Part shown: piece after piece, positions 15,001 through 27,000 of the stretch
Layout: each line of letters opens with the position of its first letter
How positions within the stretch are numbered: the first letter of the stretch is position 1
Source of the DNA: Nageia nagi
Lineage: Eukaryota > Plantae > Pinophyta
DNA length: 64,000 nt
Direction of reading: 5' to 3'
NCBI GenBank assembly: GCA_050084985.1
Contig: JBITNC010000001.1
Location: 202,058,001-202,122,000, forward strand
Made by a program: the position numbers and the translations under genes
Notes under the pieces: generated by a model
Databases searched by the model: none
The model's input: only the letters and a program-made list of their open reading frames with translations
What the model was told of the DNA's origin: nothing

Positions 15001-18000
15001 GTTGTACTTCTGATATCGCACAATTGAGGTTGTACTTGAGGATGATGTAAATCTTTTATTCAATTAAGTAATGTAATATGCATTTCTTACAAAGGAAAAC
15101 CAGTTTGGATGTGTGATTTCATTGCTATGGACTGTTGTAAATCCTCTAAGGTAAGAATAATGGTTGACTAGTATTGACATGTTAATGTAAGGAAAAATCA
15201 CATGCACTAACCTCGGGCTTTTAGTTGACTTATGCAATCCTGTTTTTAATACCAAGCTATGAGAAGGTTTCATTTATTTGTTTCTATCATTTCCAGTGGA
15301 GTAATATGTATTTATATATGTTCGCAGATAGGATTGAAGCTATCTCTTGCGAGTCCAGGAATAATTTTGGAGCCATATAACCCGCTGAACCTATTTCATT
15401 TTTGCACAGGTTGGTTACCATTTCAAATTGTCATCTACTCATGCATCAATTCGGTGAATTACAAGTTCACATAGTTCCTAGAAGTCTCATAATTTATTGC
15501 ATTGCCCAAACTTTTGAATATCAGAGCACAGTGCAATAGATCCCAAGATTCCTTATTATCTTAAAATGCACAAATGGGGAAAATTGCTATATTTGTCATG
15601 TCTAAAAGTTGCTCCTATGAGTATGCAGAGGGATACATTTCAGAATGATATTGTACAACATACAATAACCATTGGTTTTCATCCTTTATGGACTTATAAA
15701 GAAAACATGATTTTAAAAATACAAGCCTCTGTATACACAGTTGTGTATTTATGGAGCTTTCTGGATATGCATTGGTATTTCTATTATTTGGCTAAACACA
15801 TATGCTCGTTTTAATTTCTAAATCCCTTTTGTAACTATAAGCCTTATGTGTAGATGTTATACATTTTTTTGATTTGGTTAACAAGGGATATTTAAAGGGG
15901 TGTAGATGTTATACATTTGTATTTGAACGAATGTTTATTTATGTGGCTAGCCCCAATCTCTTTAATAAAGCAACAATTATTATTTTTCATAGGGTACATG
16001 TTGTATTCACTAAAACTGCAGCAATAATGATAAGGTGGTATAATTATTTCTAGTGTGGTTACATGCAGGGCTAAATATCGTTTGGTCTATAGGCTGTTCT
16101 CTATGCCTTACCCCTTCCAATAAATGTTTGTGCTCCACGATTTTACTATAAAGGCATGCTTGGTATTTTTCTCAAATATTAGGTTGATTGGTTTTCATTG
16201 TATACTATCGATTACATAGCAATTAATCTCCTGGTACATTTCACATTTCTATTTGAATCTCATGGTTCATTGTGAAAAGAGAATATATGCATGCTATCTC
16301 GCAAGTGCTTGTGACTGTGAATTCATTGGTTTGGTTCTTGGAGTTGGTGACAGTTGTTATGTGGATTGTCGATTGGCATTTCAAATTCTGATTTCTGTTG
16401 GAACCCCCAAGATGTAGTGCAGTTACCATTAGCAAGGACTCTCTCTCTCTCTCTCTCTGTATATATATATGTCATAAGTCTTGCATAATTTATTGGAGGA
16501 ATGTGGCAACAAATGCTTGGAGGAGGATGCATTTGTAGAATAGTGTTGAGATTATGTGAGTCTTGAAAAGACTCCAAGTTTGTAGCCAAGTCAGGTGTAA
16601 TGAGTCCAAATGACTAGAATATCAAGTCATTCCAAAAATCTACAAGTCTTTTGGAGTTTGGTAAATTTGGTGAGTCTAACTATCGTTTCAAATTGAAGAA
16701 AAACAAAACAAAATATAAAACTTACTGAAAGCAAAAACATTTTTGATTAGTTTTATCAGTTATCATTTATAATGTTAATTTGGTTACTGCTTTTATGCAA
16801 CTGATGCAAATTTATTGAGAATGCAAAAATAATATTTGTTTTGTGATAGTTTTTTTGACCAAGTCCAAGTTTGAGTAAAAAAAGGTCTACTGAGTCCAAA
16901 AGGAATCCTTGTCTTGACTATTGTTTTTAGCATTCACCTTTTTATGATGACAACCATTCCAAATACATAATTGTGAAGGGTGGAAAGATCCATCAGACTC
17001 TGCAAGACCAAGTTCAATTGCTATGGAGCAAAGAGAGCGAAACATTATTGTATGTGTTAGCAGATTTTGCTTTAGTATATGGTGGTTCAATTACAGTAGG
17101 AATGTGGATCTTTTCAACTAGAATACAGAGAAATACAAGGAGCCTTGATTGGTTGATGTGTTTGCCGTCTCTTTTAGTTTGCTTTCTTCTGACATTGGTT
17201 TATTTACCTCATCTTGGTTGTTTGACAGACACAGGTAACCAACAACGAACAAGAAAGAGAATCAATGGATATATATTTGTTAGAAACCAAATTGCATAAA
17301 ACGACAACAATAAATCAACATATGCGAAATGTCAGTGCATAACCAAGCAATAACAAAGATACCAAATGAAAGCAGGTGCCACTTTTAGAAGGTGATCTTC
17401 GAAGATTTGCTTTGAGTGGGAAACATCCAAATATGATATTTCATGACACAAGATATGAGATGAGATGATTAGAAGCCTAACATGTGCTTTCTTGTATAGA
17501 GAAGAAATCTTATCAATTACTAATCCCTTTGATCAAGGCCTAATAATCCAACCCTAAGGGCATGAGCCAAAAAAAATCAATATAATTTTACACAGGTTAT
17601 TGGGGAGTCATAACATGCCTTCCTCCTTCAAAAAGCTTTGTCCTGAAAGCTTGTAGGATTTATAAAATCTTAAGAGTAACTCCTGGCTATCATTTTACGT
17701 ACTCTAGCTCAAAAAGTTCCATTTGGAAGTTGTCATGATTACTCTGCTTGCTGAAGTTTTTGATTTTGTTATAGGTTTCCATATCATCTTCTCCTTCAAT
17801 GGTTCTTCTTGGTACGCACCGCACCTGTGCCACTTGATATCAGGTCCATGGTCTTTTGTTGCAACATGCTACCAAGTTCCTAGACGAACATACCTTTTTT
17901 CCTTGTAGACTTGTAGTGTTACTTCAATGTTGTAGATCTCTACACGATTTTACTATCTTGCCTAATTCCGATTTTACTATTGTCAGTATTCCCTCTAGAA

Positions 18001-21000
18001 AGTTTTCTTTTGTGCTCTCTGGTTGAAGTGAAAAGTGCTGAAAACTTAGCTTAACCTTCTTTCTTTTTCATATTCTTTTGAGTTGTATTCTTTTGGTGAA
18101 CTTGATTCTTCGTAATTAAGGTATACCAAAGTTGTTTCCTCCTTGGTTTTTCCACCTCTTACCTTGGCCCTTCTTTTAGGTTATATTCTTCATCTTCTTA
18201 ATTTTGTTACTGCTCCATCCACCCCAATGTTACCAATATTTTCTCTTATATCCTCTTTTAAGACCTTGCATGAAACCCTTTTTGGGAATTTAGTTCTCTT
18301 ATACGATTTCTACAACTCGTATGGTCTGTTTGAACCTCATATATTAGGAACAAGTGTATCAGAGGTCAAAGCTGTGAAGGAGCATTGTTGTAAACTCCTT
18401 TCATGTCAGGTCATAATTCATTTTTTAGGATTCTCCACATAGCAACTGTCAAGCTTTGTTTCAAGTATGTTGAAACAAGGTAAACTCTTCCTTCTTTAGA
18501 GGCCTCATTCATTATGAATTGTTGCTCCATTTGGATATTTGATCAATAGGATTCACATCATCAAATATCTTGATTTGCAACCATTATGGCTTTACCTTGG
18601 TAGTCCAAAACAATAGAAATTCTCCAATCATGTCAGTATCAGAATAAAAATCATAAAAAACTAACATACTATCCTTTCTTGCACTTCTTGGATGTAATGT
18701 CCCCAATTTGTAAGGTTTCACTCATTTTTGGTTTTAAGGAGATTTCGTCTTCTACAAGCCAGGAATGGATGTTTCAACATTTGGAATGGATAGAGGACCT
18801 CGTGCCAATCGTTTTGACAGGTTATATGACCTACTTTCAACAAAAAACGAGGAATATATGGCACCTTGAAGTTCACCTACTGGGCCAATCTGCTCATATC
18901 GTGTGCACGCAGAAATTCATGATTTACCCTCATTTGAGAGTGACGTCCATCCTCTAACGATGTGCAATTAATCTAGGTGTGACTTATATTTAATCATGAA
19001 TGTTTTAATGTAATTCCACTTGAAGATCTTCCAACGTGGAACGTAGGACTCTACGAGTCATTATTTGTTATTTTTATGTAATAAATGGGCGATAGGTATT
19101 TATGTGCCAAAAATACTTGTAATTTCGTAGGCCACTTGTAATACATGATTCCAAGGCACATTAATAATTGTAAATGGAATATTAGTCTCCTTAATGGGAT
19201 GTTGCATACTTGGCTATTGGATCTTGTAATTTGGCATCCCTAGGCAAGATTATGACCCACACTTGGATGTGGGGAAAGGATGGATTTATGGCATTTAACT
19301 CGAGCAACCATGATGATAGATGCAGCACACGAATCACACCTCTCCACCTTTGGATCATATTAATGAAAGATTAGAAGATGGATCACCTTGCCTATATAAG
19401 GAGGATTTTTGTATTACACAAGATATGCTGATTATTGATTATAAACCACTCTTATCGAATTGAGTGTGAGAACTCTATCTCTGCCATTTGTAGGGAAACC
19501 TGCATTTGAGGTCTTGAGGTCATAGGAGGCTAGCTTCAAACTTACTCCAGCTATCTTGAGAGGAATGTTGCTGGTTCCATCACAAAGCTGTATGGAAATT
19601 CTAGACTACGCCTTGCCATTGCAGCGATTGGTGAGGCCCTGGAGCCATCCAGAATAACCCTATTGGAGGAAGTCCTAGTACAAGCTCCCTAGGTAGACAA
19701 AAATATATTATTGTAATTGTTCTATTCTCTTGTTCATCAATACAATTACATTCGTTGTCAATATCTCACTAGTTGTCCCTCTATGCTTGGACATTGGATC
19801 TAAAGTGATTATTGCATTGTTAAATTTACATTTTTGCTCCCTAATTGCAATGTTGGATTACTGGAGGTATTTGCATGTTCAATTTGGTATTTTGCTCAAT
19901 ATAGCTAGACATTGGGTATTTTATGCAATTTTGAGCTTGTTTGGTTAGTTTCGGAGCTAGAAGGCAAACATCCCTTTCCTAGGGCACGTATGAGCATGAT
20001 CCGCCGATTTGGGATCATCATATTGGAGCTCCTTGCATATCTTGGATTCTCTTGAACATGAGAGTCTTTGAAAGAATCTTCATCCTTCTGTTGTGATATT
20101 TTTTTCTTCTCTGAAGGGGTTGATGTCATATCCTTTATCATTGCACTTCTTAGAAGATTTTTCAGGGTTAGGATACAAATATGAGATAATGTTCCTTATA
20201 ATGGACATCCATCTATATATAGAACATAGTAGGCATATCATAATATGTAGCCTATGCACCATGAAATCTAGTTTTTTTCATGTCCCTTTTTGGGCATCAC
20301 TTTAATGGACCTCTTTGATTCTTGTAGCTCTAGCATTATTCAGTTTGATTCTCTTTGTAGTAACCGCTCTTCCAATCTAGCTAAAAACTCTATTACCATT
20401 TGAAACATTGGAAGTTGGGTATGAACAACCTCGACTAGACTCTAGTTGCTAGTTATCAAAGTTACATGAATTTGGTCTCAAACCCAAAATTTCAAAATCA
20501 AGATCCTTCTTTTACGTGAGGTTTTCAAAACTTTAGACAGATCTAGAAAAATCATTGAAATGCACCTTGTAGAGTAGTTTTATGAAAAGCCCATAATTCC
20601 CAATAGCTCTCAAAATAGATCAAAACGAGTTGAAATCAGGGCTATAACTTGTATGATTTCTCAATGACTTACAAATTTCCAGAAAGTTTGTTGGTTTGTG
20701 GCCAAGGGAGCTAATATAAGATGAATAACCCAAAGTCACAAAAATGTGGTCAAAACAATTCCAATAATGGAAATTTAGTTTGTAACTTCATTGCAAGATC
20801 CTTCAACATCCCATCAAAATCACTAAAAGGTTTACCATGGTTTTGAAAAAGTGCAAAATTTCCTCCATGCTAGGGTTCTTTAAATAATAGTAAAACTAGA
20901 CAAATTGTGATGATCCCAAATCAGTGGATCATGGTCAAATGTGCCCTAGGAGAGGGACCTTTGGTTTGAAGTTCTAGATCTAGCCAATCAAACTCAAAAA

Positions 21001-24000
21001 TGCCAAAATACTCCAACGTCTAGCTAAGAATATCAAAATTAAGCTATACAAACTATAATTTCTCACATATACCCAACATTGCAATAAGGAAGCTAAACAC
21101 CATTTAAATAATGTAAACTCAATCCCAGATCCAACGTCCAAGCATAAGGAGACAAATAGCAAGATGTAGATAGAAAATGTTATTGTATTCATATGATAAT
21201 GAGAAGCACAATTACAATGTTTTTGTGCCTAAGGAGCTTACACCAAGGTTGCCTCCAATAGGGTTTTTGCGGATGGCTCCAGAGCCTCACTAATCTCAGC
21301 TGTAGCAAGGCCAAGCCTAGGGCTTCTTTACTTCACTTGATAGAACCAACAATATTCCTCTCTTGAATGGTCGAAGTAAGCTCAAGGCTAGCCTTCAATT
21401 ACCTTGAGAGTTCTCATACTTAGTCTGATAAAAGGGGGTTTATTCATAAATTCAGCATGCCTTGTAATATTCAGGAGTCCTTATATAGGTGAGGTAGTCC
21501 ATCTTCTAATCTCGCATTGAGGCGATCTAATAGTGCTCAATGTTGATCTGTGCACTCTTGATACCAATTTCCAAATAGAGAGTCTTGGAATCACCATAAT
21601 CACATCCAACGGTCTTCACATCCACTTATGTGTGCAACGTTCAAGTGGAGATGATTTCTATGTGCTTTAGGATCATCATGGTCGCTTGCATTAAGTGCCA
21701 TAAATCCATCCTTGCTCCACATCCAAGTGTGGGGGTCATAACCTTGCCTAGGGATGCCAAATTACAAGATTCAAGGGCTAAGTATGCAATGTCCCATTAA
21801 GGAGGCTAATATTGCATTTACAATCATAAATGTGCCTTGGAATCATGTATTACAAGTGGCCTATAGAGTTACAAGTATTATTGGCACATAAATACTTATG
21901 GCTCATTTATTACGTAGAAATAACAAATAATGACTCATAGAGTCATACGTTCCATTTTGGAGAATCTCAAAGTGGAATTACATTAAATACTTCTAATAAA
22001 ATATAAAACAGTCCTAGATTAACTAAGTAATCATTGCATATCCTTAGAGAAAGGAGGTGACCTTTCCAGGAGTCAATTGGAAAGAGAATTCTACATTCCT
22101 GTGCATGTCTGATATGAGAAGACTGGTTGTATAGGCTAACTTCAAGATGCCATAACTTCTTCGTTTCTTGATGAAACCTAGTTGTGTAACCTGTCAAAAT
22201 GATTGCCACGAGGTCCTCTTTCCATTCCAAGTGTTGAAATGACATTTCTAGCTTGTAGAAGACAAAATCTCCTTAAAACTAAAAATGAGTAAAACCTTAC
22301 TAGGGATATTATAAGTCTGCCCCTCCAAAATTGCTTGTCCCGAAGCAATGCTAAAACATTTGCCAAGTTAATAAGGTCCCAATTTGTTATGGAGAGGATT
22401 TCTTCAAGCTTCCGTTGCGTTATTTTGATTCTTACTTCTTCTTGGCATGGTGGTGCTCTAGTTGCTTTCTTCTTCTTAATAGCCACAAAATATAGTGTCA
22501 CCAAACTGAGTATGAACGAATTGGACATGGTGCTCCTTAGTTATGATTGCTCATGAATAACAGTGAGATAAGAGAACCAAATTGAATTGCATTCATGCCC
22601 AATCATCTCTAAGTTGTCTTCATGATGTCTTATGCTGTCATATGCCACTGAATTGAGTGGAATCAAGTTCGAATATGGATGATTAGTAGTGGAGAAATCA
22701 TTCCAAACTAATGCTGATGTTTCTTTAAGTATCTCAACTCCGTCTTCAATGCCCTCCAAATGTCCAAGTGTCTTGTTGTGCCCGCACAACACACCCCAAA
22801 ATACAAGATTTTGGGGACCTTATTTTTGCAAAGGCAATGAGGTGCATTGCCTTGAGATTGGCTTTTGGCGACGGATAGTTCATTTTGAAGAATGCAAACG
22901 TGATATCAGGGAGCGATTCAAGTAGATCTTACGATGAAGACCCTGAAGAGTATCAGCGTATCCAATCACCAGTTTTGGAGCCAAGGAGCTAGGATTTGAG
23001 AGAGTATCAGAGCACAAATTTTTGGTCTAGAGTGCAATCAATGGAAATGGGGTCGTTTTTACACCGTTTGAACTCACAAGTGCCAAGTGTGACGAAAATG
23101 AGCATTTTTGCAAAGTTTAAGCTCGAGAGAAGTGGATGTAGCTAAGATGATAAAAATAAGCGTTTTTGTCAAGTATGAACCCGGAAAGCTCAAAAATGGT
23201 CATTATCACGAAAAGGTGTGTTTTGGTTGATTTTGAGCTCGGAAGTGGTCAATACAATAAAGATGTGCATTTTTGCACCGTTTGAGCCCAGAAAGCTAGG
23301 AAATGGTCAAAAATGCAAAGTTGAGCTCAAAATGGCCGAAAATGCTAGAAATGATCATTTTTTCACACATAAGGCCCGAAAATGCCAAAATGGACAGAAA
23401 TGGATACTTTAATCCCGAAAGTGCGGAAATGACCGACATACACAACAGATTGAGGAGTTTGCCACTTGCCTTTCGATGGGAGCATGGAGCTCCAATTGTT
23501 CACTCCTCATCTTCGTCTAGTGTGGTACATGTTGAAGTTGCATTCCGTCACCATGTGTTTCAGTTGATAGTTTCTGCGGATGCAGTAAGGACTAGGTGTT
23601 GTGATCTTCTGTGATTGCTTGAGGGCAAGCAATTTGAGAGGTGAAGCTTGTGATGTCCCATTTGAGCCAATGAACAATTGTATCATGGCCTCTTTGTATT
23701 CTAGGTGTTGTTCATGTTCATGTTCATGTTGTATATGTGTAACTCAAGTAGGAGCTTATGGTCTGTGGACCCCATTGTGGGCCCAGAAATGGGACATCTC
23801 CCCTTGAATAGTGATATTGTGTTATGTGTATGGGTAATCCCGGATTTTGGGAATCCCAATGTAGTGTTGTGTGTATGGATAATCCTGGGTTGTGGGAATC
23901 CTTGTAACATCCCCTTTTGAAAGGTAGAGTTTGCCACAGGTCTTTGGATAGGGCATCTTGTGGGAAACGTTTTGACAGGTCACACGACATGGTTTCATCA

Positions 24001-27000
24001 AGAAACGAAGGAGTTATGGTCTCTTGAAGTTTGCCAGCCGGACCAGTCTTCTACTTCGTGGCCGCCCATGAAATTCTATGCACAACCCCATATTGACTCC
24101 TTAGAATGTGACGTCCCACTCCTTGGGAGATGAGTATGTTGTGTTGTGTATTCAATGCATGTAGTAATAAGAATGGGACTGCTTGTCTAAGTTGTAGTGC
24201 ATGATTCCAAGGCATTACATTTTAGCCGTTGGATCTTGTGATTACGGGTATCCCTAGGTAACATTGGAATAGAGAGACATGCGCATGATTCCTAGGTGAG
24301 ATCTAGGAGAGACTATATATTGAAGATGGAACTCCATGATGAGGCAAGCCATTGATTATACTTTTTCTATACAGAACCCGATTGGGCATACATGTCTTAG
24401 TGGTGTCAAGCATTATTCCTAGATGGTGTCTAGAGGGGTGACAGGGTTGGGAACTTGGCACTTTATGACTTAGGTGGGTCACCTAGTCCATTCGATGGTA
24501 TTCCGAGGGTGAGCTTTTACCTTCAATGGTCGTTAGGGTTTGAGGAGGCTCCTTCACAGGAGAAGATTCAGAGTCTTAGGGAGTGAGTCTTTCGTGTGGT
24601 GTCCGACTTGTAGAGGGTTTGGAACCCTGGATCTGGATATTGAGATCCTCATTGTATTCCATCCACTATCATAATAAAATACATCTTGTGCCTCTTTCCA
24701 TTGTGTTGTTCATTGTGTGTTCATGTGTTGTCTCTTATATACTGGTGTTGGAAGTTTCATTGCATTCGTAGGTGTTCAGACATTGTGTATGCATCTGTGA
24801 GACATTCGTTGAGGTGCCAAGTGTTGGTGTGTGCCCTAGAGGGCTGACGTCACTTTGGGTGCCCTAGGGGCCCAATGTGGGTGTAACTGCATCATTGGTT
24901 GAGGGTTTGAGCATCATAGTTGTAGTCGTTTTTACGGAGGGTGATTTTAGGTCATCACATTATCTCTTCCTCATTTAATATTTCTGAATAAGTATTCGAA
25001 ATTAGTTCGTGCCTTGTGTAACATCCCTTTTTTGTAAAAAATAATTAATTTTGGAATCCTAAGGATTCTCTTTTTGTAAATATTTATTTACTTGTGCATT
25101 TGTTGTTAGTTATTTGGGATATAATTATAAAGGTTCGTTGGACCCACTTTGTGAGCGCCATGAGGGACTTTTTCCTCCCAAGCTAGGATGTGTTATTTAT
25201 TTGTCATTAAATGCACTTGGAGATCCTAAAGGTGATTGTGGGAATCCCAAGGATTGTATAGCACCTGGATGACACTTGTACATGGATAAACACCTATTTG
25301 CCCCAACGTTGGATTTGGGAGCACTTGTACACATGCGCCAGCCTTGGAGAGATTCCTAGACCCCCACATTGACCCATGATGACCCCCTTGCATCCACATG
25401 TTGTGCCTACACAACTACCCCCACAAAATTTTTCATTTTGATTACCCTCGTAAAATAAGGCATAAATGCATGAAAGGAACTTTGTCTAAGGAAATGCATG
25501 CATCTTAAGAAGAAACATGTCAAAACTTGTCAAAATTTGTGCCTTCATGATAAAATCTAGTCGAAAAATTGGCATTTTACCTTAGGCGCATGTTTTGAGG
25601 GACATGCTTTTGCACGTCTCCTAAAACGTGCGCCCTCCTTCATGCTTTATTTTCATTATCAAGACTTACATTTTTGGCCATAAAAGTTGCATTTTCAGGT
25701 CCCTCATGCTGCAAAATTCACACCCCCTTTATTACATTTGCATTCGGAAGTCATTTTGGTCAAGTTTTCGAAGAAAAAACATGTTTTTCTCTAGTTGCAT
25801 GTTTTGAGGGACATGCTTTTGCATGTCCCCTCAACGGCGCGACCAAGGCTATGAATGTCCCATACTTAAAAAAAAATTGAGTCATCAAGTCTGTGAAGAA
25901 AAAAAGGAAGAGAAAAATTGAGTCATCAAGTCTGTGAAGAAAAAAAGGAAGGCGCTTGTTTTGAGGGACATGCTTTTGCATGTCTTCTAAACGGTGTGCC
26001 CAGGCAAAAGGAGGCTCAACACAATCATTTTTTTGAGTGAATTGCAAAAAGGTGCTGACAAGTGTGATCACATGCATTTGACCTTCACTTGCACCAATCA
26101 CGAAGTGACACCTGTCCAGCCCCTGAAAGGCTATAAAAGGAAGGTCAGCCTCAGTACCCAGTTTGGATGGTCAAATTTGGAGCTCTTTGTGGAGTGAAGG
26201 AGCGAAAGCACGTCCCCTAAAACGTGTGCCTTGTTCCAGATTGCATTTTTCTAAGTCATTTTCATTGTCTTAAGAATTTCTTGCATTGGGAGGCATGCCA
26301 CAAGCCTAATCGCACCTTTTTTTGGTGTATGCTTGGGCACCCACCCAAATTGGTGTGCCCAGATCTAGATGTCCTGGCCCAAGAGTAAAATTGACTAAGT
26401 ATAGAATTTGAGTGAGTGAGGGCCAAGCGCACGCTTTCAAGCTCATGCTTTTGGCCCATCTCAAAAGGTACGACCAACATACAGAGCTTTTAAGGGAGTT
26501 GGAAATTGACTAAGTCCTTTTGACCATAGGCGCATACATTCTGGGACATGCTTTTCCACTAATCCAAGACCATGCACTCATCATTCTGGCTCCACCATTT
26601 GACCTCATTGCTAGCCAACCAGGAGGTAACATGTGGCAATCTTGGACATTATAAATACTAAGTCCCCCCTTAATCACTTTCACCACTTCATTTCAAATTT
26701 GCATTGAGCTCCCCAGTCGCACCATTTCAGGGACATGCTTGAGAACTCATTCGAATCTGTGCGCCAAGGAGGAATAAAGGATCAAAGGCATGCTTGTGCA
26801 TCCAATTAACCATTTTTGACCAAGGCATTTCATTTTGAGCCTGAAAGCTTGAGGCATATGTTTTGCAGCACATGCTTTTCCACTCACCCAAATCCATGCG
26901 CCCTAGTGTGAAGTGATGAATTGACTTTCCAAGAAGAACTTGTGACCCTAAAAATTGACTAAGTGACCCATGATCCTGTTGCATGTTTTCAAGGCAATGA

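Noticed and set aside
16439-16470. (CT)n(AT)n microsatellite, and (CTT)n at ~58097
   Set aside because: Ordinary short simple repeats.
25570-26990. Palindromic repeat array superficially like CRISPR
   Set aside because: The context is a eukaryotic TE, units are degenerate and irregularly spaced, and there are no cas genes.
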